64,000 nt of DNA from an uncultured Nitrososphaeraceae archaeon. Lineage in GTDB: Archaea > Thermoproteota > Nitrososphaeria > Nitrososphaerales > Nitrososphaeraceae. Below, in pieces: positions 21,148-31,948 of the stretch. The notes beneath the pieces were generated by a model. That model ran no database searches. It worked only from the letters and a program-made list of their open reading frames with translations, and was not told the DNA's origin. Each line of letters opens with the position of its first letter. Position 1 is the stretch's first letter. The stretch lies in contig CAVZZA010000005.1 in the NCBI GenBank assembly GCA_963779615.1, forward strand, positions 576,001 through 640,000. Direction: 5' to 3'. The translations under genes were made by a program, and so were the position numbers.

Positions 21148-22086
21148 GTGAATAAATCTCCAATTAATTTCATGACGCTTGGAATAATAGCCATTTCTGT
21201 TTTCCTTGTCCTAGGAATGGGATCCTCTTACAGCAACATTGTCTCTGCCTCCACAATAGAACAACAACAGCAACAACAGCAGCAGCAGCAGATTAGCCAG
21301 CTGCAACAGTCAAACAACAGTTTTTCAGCCAATAGCTCATACAAAGAGAACAACCATTTTCCCGTGCCTACCTGGTGGCCAAATATTGAAGAAAACGTTC
21401 AAACACATTTCAACCGCAATACATCATATCCACACATTAGTGATGATGCGTTCATCAGTCCATTTTCTATTGTAATAGGTAATTGCTACATTGGAAAATT
21501 TGTGTTGGCTGCCCCTACCTCTGTTTGCCGAGCAGATGAAGGAACCCCCATTTTTATAGGCGACCTATCAAACATCCAGGATGGTGCAGTTCTTCATGGG
21601 TTGGAAACAACCAATGACGGCAAAAACATCGACAACAGACGTTACTCGACAGACGGCAACTTGCTACTAGGAAATGATTCGGGTTTCGATAAAGGGTATT
21701 CTGTCTATGTGGGCTACAACACAAGTCTGGCCCATGATTCCATGGCTCATGGTCCAGCATGGATAGGAAATAACACCTTTATTGGAATGAAAAGCATAGT
21801 CTTTAATGCGAAGGTTGGAAACAACGTTGCCGTAGGCATTTCGAGCACAATAACCGGTGGCGTGTCCATACCCGATAACAAATACATTCCACCAGGCAGT
21901 GTGATTACAAACCAAACTCAGGCTGACTCTTTACCCATTAGGGTTGGTAGTCCGTATGAAAAAACCAACAATGCCGTAGTGGATGTTAACACCCACCTAG
22001 CCGAAGAATACCAAAAACTCGGATTGGAAAAGTTATCCCAACAAAGGGAAAAGGAAATGGAACAAACAATGATTGACATCAAATAA
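21148..22086 (+). CDS. cam: Secreted gamma-class carbonic anhydrase (Cam type)
   Basis: Signal peptide and polyQ linker. R-A-D-E-G, NIQDG, LHGLE and SLAHDSMAHG supply three His ligands. C-terminal helix Y.KTN.AVV.VN.HLAE.Y resembles Methanosarcina Cam. Confidence 0.9.
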   Translation: MNKSPINFMTLGIIAISVFLVLGMGSSYSNIVSASTIEQQQQQQQQQQISQLQQSNNSFSANSSYKENNHFPVPTWWPNIEENVQTHFNRNTSYPHISDDAFISPFSIVIGNCYIGKFVLAAPTSVCRADEGTPIFIGDLSNIQDGAVLHGLETTNDGKNIDNRRYSTDGNLLLGNDSGFDKGYSVYVGYNTSLAHDSMAHGPAWIGNNTFIGMKSIVFNAKVGNNVAVGISSTITGGVSIPDNKYIPPGSVITNQTQADSLPIRVGSPYEKTNNAVVDVNTHLAEEYQKLGLEKLSQQREKEMEQTMIDIK

Positions 22087-22533
22087 AACCCCTGCCTGTT
22101 TTTCAAATTAATGAGTCAGTCCAAAATCCAAATTCAATATTTTTTTTTAGAACATTAATACATGTAATTAGAAAGCAAAATAATTTTTCCAAAGTGAAAA
22201 AAAAGATGGTGGCATTCATTATAACAGTTAATACACACAACATCAAAAACAGAGCCGAAGTTTGGTCACAACCTACGGAACCTCTGCAGGCAAAGGTCTG
22301 TCGAAACTTGACGAGAAGTCGGATTTTTTTAGCATTCACACATGTACCTTTTTTGAAGGTTTGGAATTTTTTTAATCAACCTTCAAAGGTTTGGTGGATA
22401 TGAAACAGATGTGGATTGACTCTATACCCACAACAGCAAATCAAGAAAACACAGCCCCTAACTCACATGGATGGAATAAAAAAACAAATGCAGAATCATA
22501 AAGATAATAAAAACTGAAAAACAGAGTTGACAT

Positions 22534-22953
22534 ATGGCAGTATCAACCATCACTGTTCAAATTAAATCAAGAGGGGAAAACGATATCATAGACATTACAG
22601 ATCAAGCATCAAAGGCAGTAAAAGAAAGCAAAACGGAAAATGGGATTGTCACAGTTTTTGCTGTGGGATCAACCGCGGCAATAACAACCATAGAATATGA
22701 ACCTGGACTCAAATCAGACTTTCCAAACATGCTGTCAAGGATAGCACCAAAGGACATACAATACAGGCACGACAACACTTGGCATGATGGAAATGGACAC
22801 TCGCATGTCCGGGCATCCTTGTTAGGTCCAAGTTTAACCATCCCATTTATTGAGGGCAATTTGACTCTAGGAAGATGGCAACAAATAGTGTTCATTGAAA
22901 TGGACACAACACCCAGGGATCGCAGGGTTGTACTGCAGGTAATGGGGGAATAG
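22534..22953 (+). CDS. yjbQ: YjbQ/UPF0047 family protein
   Basis: E.EPGL..D, Y.H...W.DGNGHSHVRASLLGPS, LG.WQ.I...E.D motifs. Confidence 0.9.
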   Translation: MAVSTITVQIKSRGENDIIDITDQASKAVKESKTENGIVTVFAVGSTAAITTIEYEPGLKSDFPNMLSRIAPKDIQYRHDNTWHDGNGHSHVRASLLGPSLTIPFIEGNLTLGRWQQIVFIEMDTTPRDRRVVLQVMGE

Positions 22954-23181
22954 TCCCAACAGTGCGTACAGCAAGATCTGCTTTTTGCCGTTATTTTAAA
23001 ATATGTTTAGTAGTAACAAAAATTTCACATTTTACAGCATGTCTTAACTTAGGAAATTTTGAATGATTATTGGAGAATTGGCTACTTTGGAATACATTAA
23101 GGAAATTATAACCAATTATCATTATTTTAAAAATGCGCAAAAAAAATATCTAATGATCCTAATATCAAAGGTTAAGGCATA

Positions 23182-23440
23182 TTGCCACTGGAGGGAAAAA
23201 CAGTCATAGTTACTGTCTCTATCAGAGGATTTGTTTTAAAATTGCGAAGGGATTTGCAGAGAACAATTGTGCAATCTTTATCGCCGTTTTTGCAGTCAAA
23301 AACGAGATATAAGGGCAGCGGCGGCGGCAGCAAAGATAAATGGCAAAACATTTGCGGCAAAGATTGACGCAGCAAACGGTAAATGCATACAAGAGTCCAC
23401 ACAACAAAAATTATCCAACTACAAACAAGCACACAGCCTG
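23182..23440 (+). pseudogene. Short-chain dehydrogenase (SDR) N-terminal relic
   Basis: LEGKTVIVT.SIRG / FKIAKGFAENN / CS...RAAAAAAKINGKTFAAKID across frameshifts. Degenerate TGxxxGxG motif, no catalytic half. Confidence 0.5.
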
Positions 23441-23889
23441 GCAAATACCACCTGCTGTCCATTTGACAAAAAATACATGGCAACAAGAAATTTCATGATG
23501 TTTGAAAGAAAATTAAGCAGCATTGTTAGACGGGCCTTCATTCATCATATGAAATTACTGCGGATCAAGCGAAATATCTAAAATTAGGCTGCTTCTTTTA
23601 TTATGAAATTGTTTAAATAAATAGATGTAGTATATAATCATGCAAAACGATGACCCGGGTTTCTGTTCCGTTCACCGAAGGTCATTATCAAGGCAGAGAG
23701 GAAAGGCCAAACACGGGACTGGCTGATAATAGCCTCTCTGCCTGCATAAAAACACATAAAATCTAATTTTTTATTCAGCATGAGAAAATGTTTTATCGTA
23801 TTGTTAAACATGGCGTTAAAAAATGGGTTCGAAATGCATGCTCTCATCATTTTTTTGGAAAAAAAGGGCAAAACATGAAAAAAATATAA

Positions 23890-24177
23890 TTATGTGCTCT
23901 CTTCTTCCAATGGCTTTTTAGAGTACTTTATCTTTAAAAACAACAGATACGTGTTCAATGCCACTGCTGTAAAATTACCTATAATTAAAACGATATCACT
24001 TTTTCCCACCCCATAAACAACCCATAACGACAGGCCAACAATTAAAACTATTATAAACCGTATTGATAAATCATTAGTATCCTTTGTTCTCAGTGCTTTT
24101 CTTATCTGTGGGACAGTACTTGTAACGGCAAAACCTGTAGCCATAAAACCTATAATCGGCAGCAAAACATCCACCAT
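23890..24177 (-). CDS. SemiSWEET/PQ-loop family transporter
   Basis: Three TM helices; PQ motif (TVPQI), T.DLS, LW..YG and N in the last helix. Confidence 0.88.
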   Translation of the reverse strand: MVDVLLPIIGFMATGFAVTSTVPQIRKALRTKDTNDLSIRFIIVLIVGLSLWVVYGVGKSDIVLIIGNFTAVALNTYLLFLKIKYSKKPLEEEST

Positions 24178-24440
24178 TGCGCACTTACATTATCTTTACT
24201 CTTATTTATAGTGAAGAAAACCACATTCAGTCATTCAAACAGTGAATAGTCAATTGCTTCCATATGGTTTAAAATATATTTATATAAACCAATATGGTGG
24301 AATGGTTTTTTCTTATCCAAAACAATTATTTCCATTAAAGTAAGCATGGTTTAAGCCATAATTATTCTTAAAATTTTGTAATTAGTTATTTAAAATTGAA
24401 AAGTTAAATATTTCATCATGTAAACAAAGGCAGCAAAATA

Positions 24441-24670
24441 CATTCAAAATGAGATTTATTTTGAGCAGAATATCAACAATAAAATCAACATATGCAAATG
24501 TAGATTTTTATCAAAAACAACAGGGATAACAGCCCATTTTTTCGAAAAACAACTCCCAATAAAAAAACAACAGGGGAAAACATCACACAACAACAAAAAA
24601 CAAGCCGTCAAAAATCTCATAGCTTTAAAAGGGTAATGCTACACAATATCGGTATCCGTATGTAAAAACA
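24441..24670 (+). repeat. Conserved upstream region, copy 1 (paired with 31722-31948), with multiple AAAAACAAC motifs
   Basis: Core 24513-24640 is near-identical to about 31792-31922. Motif at 24513, 24545 and 24563, with variants at 24596 and 24664. Confidence 0.85.
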
Positions 24671-25897
24671 ATGGTTATTACAAGAATCCAAAAGGAAAAA
24701 CGCGTTATTGAGCTTTGCGAACAGGGCAAAACAATTAGAGAAATAGCAGAAGATGTTCACATGTCTTTTGCAGCAATCAGCTCAATAATAAAAAAACATA
24801 CAGGAGAAGACAAGGACAAGGAAAAAATATTATCTAAAGACACCCAGGCCATAAAACTGTACTCTCAGGACAAGACGCCAGTGGACGCGGTGATTGAATT
24901 GGATTTACCTCCCGAGGAAGCAAAAAGAGTTTACAGGGAATTTTGGATGTTAAAAGACCTGCACCAGCTAGATGCAACATATGAAGAGATACAAAACGAC
25001 ATGCCATCTTTTTTTGATTTTCAGAAGGATAAAGGATGAAGGATATGGAGAAGGAGACGTCATAGAACTACTACAATGTTCAAGTCAATTGCCTTCACTG
25101 GAAAGGATTGCTGATTCTCGTAAAAAAGAAATAAACGATCTTGATCAGAAAGAGCAAAAGATTTCCTTTAAAGTTTTTAAGTTAATGGAGCGTTTAAATA
25201 AACTGGAAAAACTTTCAGAAGAAAAACAATCAGAATTTGATGAATTGGTGCGTAAAATAAAAATAAAACAAGCGCTTTTGAAGATTACTCAAGACCGTAT
25301 TGAGGGTTTAAAAAGCAGCGAAGATTATCCAGAAAGTAATGAAATTATTGAAAAGAAAGTAACCTAATTTTTAAGCCTTAAAAAAGATATGCTAATGGCA
25401 TCTACTTTAGCAGCACTCCAGGCAATAAGGAATGACCATGAGAAAGGGGTTTTAACAGATGATTTTGGTTATCAATGTAATCAGAGCGGATTTTAGTGGC
25501 ACAGAATATGTAGAAGGTTATCAACATAATTTTGAACGCTACCTTCAAACATATCACACACCATTTTTAGAAATGATTAGCATGCTTTATGACAAAATTA
25601 TAAAAACAGTTCACTAATTTTTAAGCCTTAAAAAAGATATGCTAATGGCATCTACTTTAGCAGCACTCCAGGCAATAAGGAATGACCATGAGAAAGGGGT
25701 TTTAACAGATGATTTTGGTTATCAATGTAATCAGAGCGGATTTTAGTGGCACAGAATATGTAGAAGGTTATCAACATAATTTTGAACGCTACCTTCAAAC
25801 ATATCACACACCATTTTTAGAAATGATTAGCATGCTTTATGACAAAATTATAAAAACAGTTCAAAATCAAATATTCCCATCCTTACCAAAACGATGA
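24671..25897 (+). pseudogene. HTH plus coiled-coil protein, copy 1 (disrupted)
   Basis: N-terminal HTH GKTIREIAEDVHMSF. Frameshift near 25015, TAA at 25365 and an internal 250-bp duplication. C-terminus aligns with copy 2. Confidence 0.8.
25364..25863 (+). repeat. Exact 250-bp tandem duplication (25364-25613 and 25614-25863)
   Basis: Both units run CTAATTTTTAAGCCTTAAAAAAG...ATAAAAACAGTTCA. Confidence 0.95.
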
Positions 25898-26645
25898 CAC
25901 CCAATCAAAAGCTATTTTTGATTTACAACCATTTAACAAATAGTGAAGGAAAATGAATTTAAAAAAAACATGTATGCGATTGAGATGTGTATTAGCAAGG
26001 ACTCGATTTCTTTTACCATATCAACTATGGGACACCTTCATATTTTTTGAGAAGTATGCATTTTGGAAATATGGAAACGCCATACCTATCATCATGATTA
26101 AAGCAATATATCAAAACATTAGTTGGGTACACAGTAGCACACAAAGGCATATTTTAAAATGTATGTTTGTTTTTTTTGATGCCCACTTGATAATTCATAC
26201 ATTTCTTTAAATATTTAGAATCTATTTTATACTTTTTTCTTTTAGCATTTGCATCTACCAATTATTTCATACGGCTATTACATCAGTAAAAATATGTTTC
26301 AAAAAGAATTCAAATAATTGTTCCTTTGTAATGAATGATCATCCTTAACATCCACCAATTAACACTCAATAAGAGGAATCCTTTTTCGCATTTATCATAT
26401 AAAGATAATAATAAATAAAAATACAGAAACTTAGTTTACTTTAAAAGATCCCCAATGATATGCTCAAACTATTTCCTTATTCCTATTCTATTATTTTATT
26501 TATGAATGCTATACACTATTGAACATCTTTTTCATTAACCCTGCATTATCAAACTGTTTTACTTGATACCAAATCTGATTTGCAAAGCTCTTTGATAGCC
26601 TATTGTAATAAAAAGGAATGCAAATGATATAACAAATTTCTAGCG

Positions 26646-29420
26646 TTAGCCATTATCTCCAGAAAGGCCTTGGGAAATAAAGCTATTTGTATTTGGAGAA
26701 TCTTGTCCTGGAATTTCTTTAGGATTATTGGATTTTTTCCCGATGTTTGCATCTTGACTCTTGTCTGTTGGTTCCTTGACTGTGACTTGGCTCTTGTCTG
26801 TTGGTTCCTTGACTGTTACCTGTGCCGTGTTGCTGTCTGTGGTCCCGTCGCTGGCTTTGAATGTGAACCTGTCCTGCCCCGAAAAGCCGTCAGTCGGGGT
26901 GTAGACCAGAGTGCCGGTGTCCTTGTTGAGGTCTGTGATCGTTCCCGACTTTGGACCCGACACTATCGCGTATGTGAGGGCGTTGCCACCAGTGCCCGTG
27001 GCCTTGAGCGTTATGTCCGATGGGCTGCCGGAGGTTGCCGTCACGCTCTGGCTTTGGGCCACCGGTGGGCTGGCAGCCTGAGACACCGTCACCGTGACTG
27101 TGGCGGTGTTGCTGTCTGTGGTCCCGTCGCTGGCTTTGAATGTGAACCTGTCCTGCCCCGAAAAGCCGTCAGTCGGGGTGTAGACCAGAGTGCCGGTGTC
27201 CTTGTTGAGGTCTGTGATCGTTCCCGACTTTGGACCCGACACTATCGCGTATGTGAGGGCGTTGCCACCAGTGCCCGTGGCCTTGAGCGTTATGTCCGAT
27301 GGGCTGCCGGAGGTTGCCGTCACGCTCTGGCTTTGGGCCACCGGTGGGCTGGCAGCCTGAGACACCGTCACCGTGACTGTGGCGGTGTTGCTGTCTGTGG
27401 TCCCGTCGCTGGCTTTGAATGTGAACCTGTCCTGCCCCGAAAAGCCGTCAGTCGGGGTGTAGACCAGAGTGCCGGTGTCCTTGTTGAGGTCTGTGATCGT
27501 TCCCGACTTTGGACCCGACACTATCGCGTATGTGAGGGCGTTGCCACCAGTGCCCGTGGCCTTGAGCGTTATGTCCGATGGGCTGCCGGAGGTTGCCGTC
27601 ACGCTCTGGCTTTGGGCCACCGGTGGGCTGGCAGCCTGAGACACCGTCACCGTGACTGTGGCGGTGTTGCTGTCTGTGGTCCCGTCGCTGGCTTTGAATG
27701 TGAACCTGTCCTGCCCCGAAAAGCCGTCAGTCGGGGTGTAGACCAGAGTGCCGGTGTCCTTGTTGAGGTCTGTGATCGTTCCCGACTTTGGACCCGACAC
27801 TATCGCGTATGTGAGGGCGTTGCCACCAGTGCCCGTGGCCTTGAGCGTTATGTCCGATGGGCTGCCGGAGGTTGCCGTCACGCTCTGGCTTTGGGCCACC
27901 GGTGGGCTGGCAGCCTGAGACACCGTCACCGTGACTGTGGCGGTGTTGCTGTCTGTGGTCCCGTCGCTGGCTTTGAATGTGAACCTGTCCTGCCCCGAAA
28001 AGCCGTCAGTCGGGGTGTAGACCAGAGTGCCGGTGTCCTTGTTGAGGTCTGTGATCGTTCCCGACTTTGGACCCGACACTATCGCGTATGTGAGGGCGTT
28101 GCCACCAGTGCCCGTGGCCTTGAGCGTTATGTCCGATGGGCTGCCGGAGGTTGCCGTCACGCTCTGGCTTTGGGCCACCGGTGGGCTGGTGACTGGTACA
28201 ATATTCTTAATTGTTATTGCAGATGTCCTGTCTGAGGATAAATCGTTTCTATCTGTTACCGTTAATCTGAATGTGACTGTTTGGTTGTTTGTTCCTTCGA
28301 TTAATGGGGCATTAAAACTAGCCTTTGGTTTATCGCCATTAATCAAATTTACCTTAGGACCTGATGTCTGAGTCCATGCATATATCAAATTCTTCCCATC
28401 TTTTGAATCAAAACTATTTGATCCATCAAGAATGACATTCTTTTCGCCTTCATTAACTACCGTTTCAGTCTTGAGGCTGACTATCGGTGGATTGCATCCA
28501 GTTCTGTCCCTTATTGCCCCTATCGAGTTGTTTATGAAATTAATGGCATCTTGTGTAGCAAAGTCCAAAACACTAACTGTTGAAAATCCATAGTTGAAAG
28601 AATCGATGTATTCGCAAATCAATTTGTCATATCTTTCATTTACCTGTATGTCGCCTATTGCGTTATCCAATGAATTCAATAGGTCTCTTTGAAAATTCGA
28701 AGGTAAACTTAAGGCTGCAGTATATTCCCTTAGGTCGACTAAAGCATCTTTTATAGGCATGATTGTCCATGAAAAGGCTTCTGGACTTGGGTCTTTGTTG
28801 CCTGATGTATCTATAGCCCTAACTTGGAAGGTGTGTTGTCCTTGCCCAAGGTTTGTGTAATAACAGCCATTTTTATTGTCTATTTGGTAATTTACTGTGC
28901 TTGGCTGCCAGTTATTTTCATCCATTCTGCATTCAAAGCCCTTTACTCCCACTTTGTCAGATCCGCTGAATGCAAATCCGATATCATCCGAAATCGTATT
29001 TCCCTGGTTGTCTAGCTGCCCCATCCAACTAACCTTGGATGTCTCAAGAACTGTGCTTGGTGGGATGGTGTCCTGCACTCTAACCGTAAATGAGTCCGCG
29101 TTCTCGTTACCTGCGCCATCAACTGCAGTGCACTCTACTGTGGTATCACCTATTCCAAATGTACTTCCGGATGGCGGAATGCACTGTGCGCTAACATTTT
29201 TACTTGTGTTATCTGTTGCAATTGCATTAAAATTTACAATAGACCCCAGGGGTCCTGAAGCTTCAGCTATTACCGGGCTGACAGGCAAAGTGATTGTGGG
29301 CGGAACATTATCAACAAGTTGTGTTGGTGAAACCTGTGCAAATGAAACATTCGGCGATGTCAGCGCAAAGGCAAAGGCAATTAGCACAAATGCATAAAAG
29401 AGGGGATAACTGCTGCTCAA
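26646..29420 (-). CDS. Large secreted surface/adhesin protein (HYR, Ig-like, PKD and 5 Big_9/cadherin-like repeats)
   Basis: Signal peptide; HYR pattern (D..PP...ATDN...C.PPSGSTF..G.TTV.CTA.D.AGN); PKD pattern (LDGS.S.D...L.Y.W.Q.SGP); five 93-aa repeats with YTP..GF.G.D.FTF.ASDG. Confidence 0.9.
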   Translation of the reverse strand: MSSSYPLFYAFVLIAFAFALTSPNVSFAQVSPTQLVDNVPPTITLPVSPVIAEASGPLGSIVNFNAIATDNTSKNVSAQCIPPSGSTFGIGDTTVECTAVDGAGNENADSFTVRVQDTIPPSTVLETSKVSWMGQLDNQGNTISDDIGFAFSGSDKVGVKGFECRMDENNWQPSTVNYQIDNKNGCYYTNLGQGQHTFQVRAIDTSGNKDPSPEAFSWTIMPIKDALVDLREYTAALSLPSNFQRDLLNSLDNAIGDIQVNERYDKLICEYIDSFNYGFSTVSVLDFATQDAINFINNSIGAIRDRTGCNPPIVSLKTETVVNEGEKNVILDGSNSFDSKDGKNLIYAWTQTSGPKVNLINGDKPKASFNAPLIEGTNNQTVTFRLTVTDRNDLSSDRTSAITIKNIVPVTSPPVAQSQSVTATSGSPSDITLKATGTGGNALTYAIVSGPKSGTITDLNKDTGTLVYTPTDGFSGQDRFTFKASDGTTDSNTATVTVTVSQAASPPVAQSQSVTATSGSPSDITLKATGTGGNALTYAIVSGPKSGTITDLNKDTGTLVYTPTDGFSGQDRFTFKASDGTTDSNTATVTVTVSQAASPPVAQSQSVTATSGSPSDITLKATGTGGNALTYAIVSGPKSGTITDLNKDTGTLVYTPTDGFSGQDRFTFKASDGTTDSNTATVTVTVSQAASPPVAQSQSVTATSGSPSDITLKATGTGGNALTYAIVSGPKSGTITDLNKDTGTLVYTPTDGFSGQDRFTFKASDGTTDSNTATVTVTVSQAASPPVAQSQSVTATSGSPSDITLKATGTGGNALTYAIVSGPKSGTITDLNKDTGTLVYTPTDGFSGQDRFTFKASDGTTDSNTAQVTVKEPTDKSQVTVKEPTDKSQDANIGKKSNNPKEIPGQDSPNTNSFISQGLSGDNG
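26758..26816 (-). repeat. 33-bp tandem repeat (QVTVKEPTDKS x2)
   Basis: CTCTTGTCTGTTGGTTCCTTGACTGT at 26758 and 26791. Confidence 0.85.
26827..28189 (-). repeat. About 4.9 identical 279-bp GC-rich tandem repeats
   Basis: Period is 279 bp (e.g. GGCGGTGTT at 27102 and 27381). No differences seen between units. Confidence 0.95.
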
Positions 29421-29820
29421 TATTAAAACAAAAAAACTCGAGTATTTAAGTAGTTTTACTCATGTTGACCAGCCAAATAACTACTAAACCCCTTTCACCC
29501 GTATTGTTTTTCACTCAATGCCATAGAAAAAAATTCCTTTAAAAAATTTGACAATAGATTGTTTGTCACACTCTATCGGGAATATCCCTTCAGAAGATTG
29601 AAAGATATTTTCGTTATAGACAATGACGCATGTTTTATACCCACATACAAAAATGGTTTTCTTTTATTTTATTTTATATCAAAATATTTTGTAAATTCTT
29701 TACAACATCAAATAATGCCAATCCACAAAAAATTAGTGGCATAGTGGAGAGATCTCCCACGCCATTTCATTCAATCAAAAGAATACCATTACAATGTTAA
29801 TTCACATAAATGGATCAGTT

Positions 29821-30378
29821 TTATTTTGAGTAACCTTCTGATCTCCATATGTATTCATATCCATGGGAGTAAATGTCAATCACATTTCCAAATGGATCCT
29901 CGCAGGAAACAACTTTGTATGGTTTGCCTGGTGTCAATTCCCAAATTTTGCTGCGCTGCTTTCCCCCACTTTCCGCAATCCGTTTTGTTATTTCCTCTAT
30001 ATTGGGATCAGTTATGCAGATATGAAAAAACCCCGTTTTCCAATATTCAAAATTGTTCTGGCGTTGCTCCTCTTTTGGCTCTATAAATTCAAATATTTCA
30101 AACCCGACCTGATTGCCAAAACTCAAATGGGCCAATCTCAATTTCCTGAATCCCTGGCCGAAAACATCCTGAAAGAGCCTTCCAATGTGGGTATCATCAG
30201 CTATGCCCTCCATAGGCTCCTTTACCAAATTAAAGCCCAACACCTCGGTGTACCATCGTATTGCTTTATCCAAATCCAAGACACTAACAGCCACATGGTT
30301 CATGGTTCTTGGATAATGGTTGTGATGACGGTTATGCAATGGTGATGATTTCGAGCTGTTTTTTGGTTCCAAACTCAT
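29821..30378 (-). CDS. VOC/lactoylglutathione-lyase-family protein (TIGR03645-like)
   Basis: YPR.M.HV...V.D, GFEIFEF, NFEYWKTG.FH.C..DP, EDPFGN...IYSH.YE. Confidence 0.88.
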   Translation of the reverse strand: MSLEPKNSSKSSPLHNRHHNHYPRTMNHVAVSVLDLDKAIRWYTEVLGFNLVKEPMEGIADDTHIGRLFQDVFGQGFRKLRLAHLSFGNQVGFEIFEFIEPKEEQRQNNFEYWKTGFFHICITDPNIEEITKRIAESGGKQRSKIWELTPGKPYKVVSCEDPFGNVIDIYSHGYEYIWRSEGYSK

Positions 30379-30585
30379 TTTTTAGTTTGGGTGTACAAGT
30401 CATTTTAAACTTGCTATAAACTTGCCCACAAGTCAAGTTTTGGTTCAAAGGAACTGCCTTTGAAATTTCACACGTGTCTTTAAATTGACCAAAGTAAAGG
30501 TTTGGTTTTCTTTGTATCTGCTTGTCTGTTACCACCTACAATCTAACCTTATGTTTATAATCCATAATGGCAATAGCATCATATA

Positions 30586-31260
30586 TTGGCTACCGCTTCT
30601 TTACACCCACATCAGACAGGAGTTAGGGTTAGAAACACAACAAAAACAGACATTCCAAAAATAGTGAACCTGCAAAAAGAATCATTTCCTTTTCTCGCCA
30701 AATATGGAAACATTTGGCATGAGGAGGAGCTTTCAAGTCACCTTAGCGTATTTCCAGAGGGGCAACTTGTTGCGGTGGAACCTGACGGAACTGTGGTGGG
30801 TTCTGCAAGCACTCTTGTAGTCACCCTCAATCCAGATTATGCAGACCACGCATGGAAAGACATAACAGCAGACGGGATGTTCACAAATCACAATCCCAAT
30901 GGCGATAGCCTGTATGGCGCAGACATATCAACTCATCCAAAGTACAGGCATGAAGGAATAGGGAGTATGCTTTATGATGCAAGAAAGCAATTAAACATCA
31001 AATTGAACTTGAGAAGGATGATAGCCGGAGGAAGGCTATACAATTATTGTGAATATGCGAATCAAATCTCTGCAGCAGAGTATGCATCCAAAGTAATGGA
31101 AGGCAAATTGCATGATCCAGTTCTTTCTTTCGAGATTGCTAATGGGTTTAGGTTCATCAAGGTGCTTTCCAATTACCTTGATGATGTACGCTCTTTAAAT
31201 TATGCCAGCTTTATAGAATGGCTAAACCCAAACCACATCCACAAAAACACAAGGGAATAG
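30586..31260 (+). CDS. GNAT family N-acetyltransferase (YkwB-like)
   Basis: HL.VFPEGQ, H.P.GDSLYG.DI..HP.YR..GIG..LY.ARK, DPVLSF...NGF, EW.NP. Confidence 0.88.
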   Translation: MATASLHPHQTGVRVRNTTKTDIPKIVNLQKESFPFLAKYGNIWHEEELSSHLSVFPEGQLVAVEPDGTVVGSASTLVVTLNPDYADHAWKDITADGMFTNHNPNGDSLYGADISTHPKYRHEGIGSMLYDARKQLNIKLNLRRMIAGGRLYNYCEYANQISAAEYASKVMEGKLHDPVLSFEIANGFRFIKVLSNYLDDVRSLNYASFIEWLNPNHIHKNTRE

Positions 31261-31721
31261 GAGAAGAATAACAACAAATTTGCAATCGTCTCTACAGAAG
31301 GGTCCATGTTCTGCATCATGCTCACATTGCATGTATGTTGTAGCCATACGCTAAGTGGTTTGATGGCAAGAAACCTTGTTTTTTGACTCAAGAAACAATT
31401 GTTCAAGAAACAATCATTAGCATCACATAATTAATTTCAATCCGGATTCGAGCAACCATATGGACTGATAAATATCATTGCTGTTGTTCTCTATGATTAA
31501 AACTTTATTTGTAAACAGAACCGATCGAAAAATAGGTTAAGCATATAATCAATTAGCCGTCAAATCAAGGTTTAGCAAATTCGTTGATACATGCATCAAA
31601 TTCAAGTCAAATCAAAGCAATACACGTTCATGGTAGGAACAAAAGATGACGAAATTAGGGGAATGGTTGGATTCCATAGTTTTAGTAAAATAATCACAAG
31701 AATCCCATTATGAATAAGACT

Positions 31722-31948
31722 CACTGAAAATAAATCTATTCTGAATATATTATTATCAAAAAATCAACACATGCATATGTTAGTTTATATCAAAAACAAC
31801 ATGGATAACATAACAGCCCATTTTTTCGAAAAACAACTCCCAATAAAAAAACAACAGGGGAAAACATCACACAACAGCAAAAAACAAGCCGTCAAAAATC
31901 TCATAGCTTTAAAAGGGTACTGCTATACAATATCCGTATGTAAAAACA
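31722..31948 (+). repeat. Conserved upstream region, copy 2
   Basis: Direct-orientation match to 24441-24670 with the same AAAAACAAC motifs. Confidence 0.85.

Noticed and set aside
22345-22395. Inverted repeat TTGAAGGTT...AACCTTCAA
   Set aside because: Only 9-bp arms in AT-rich DNA; compatible with chance.
26827-28189. Tandem array considered as a CRISPR or diversity-generating template
   Set aside because: Units are long, identical, in-frame coding repeats with no spacers. No cas or reverse transcriptase gene is in the window.
26670-28235. 521-aa plus-strand repetitive ORF
   Set aside because: Antisense shadow of the GC-rich 279-bp repeats; the minus-strand frame has recognisable domains.
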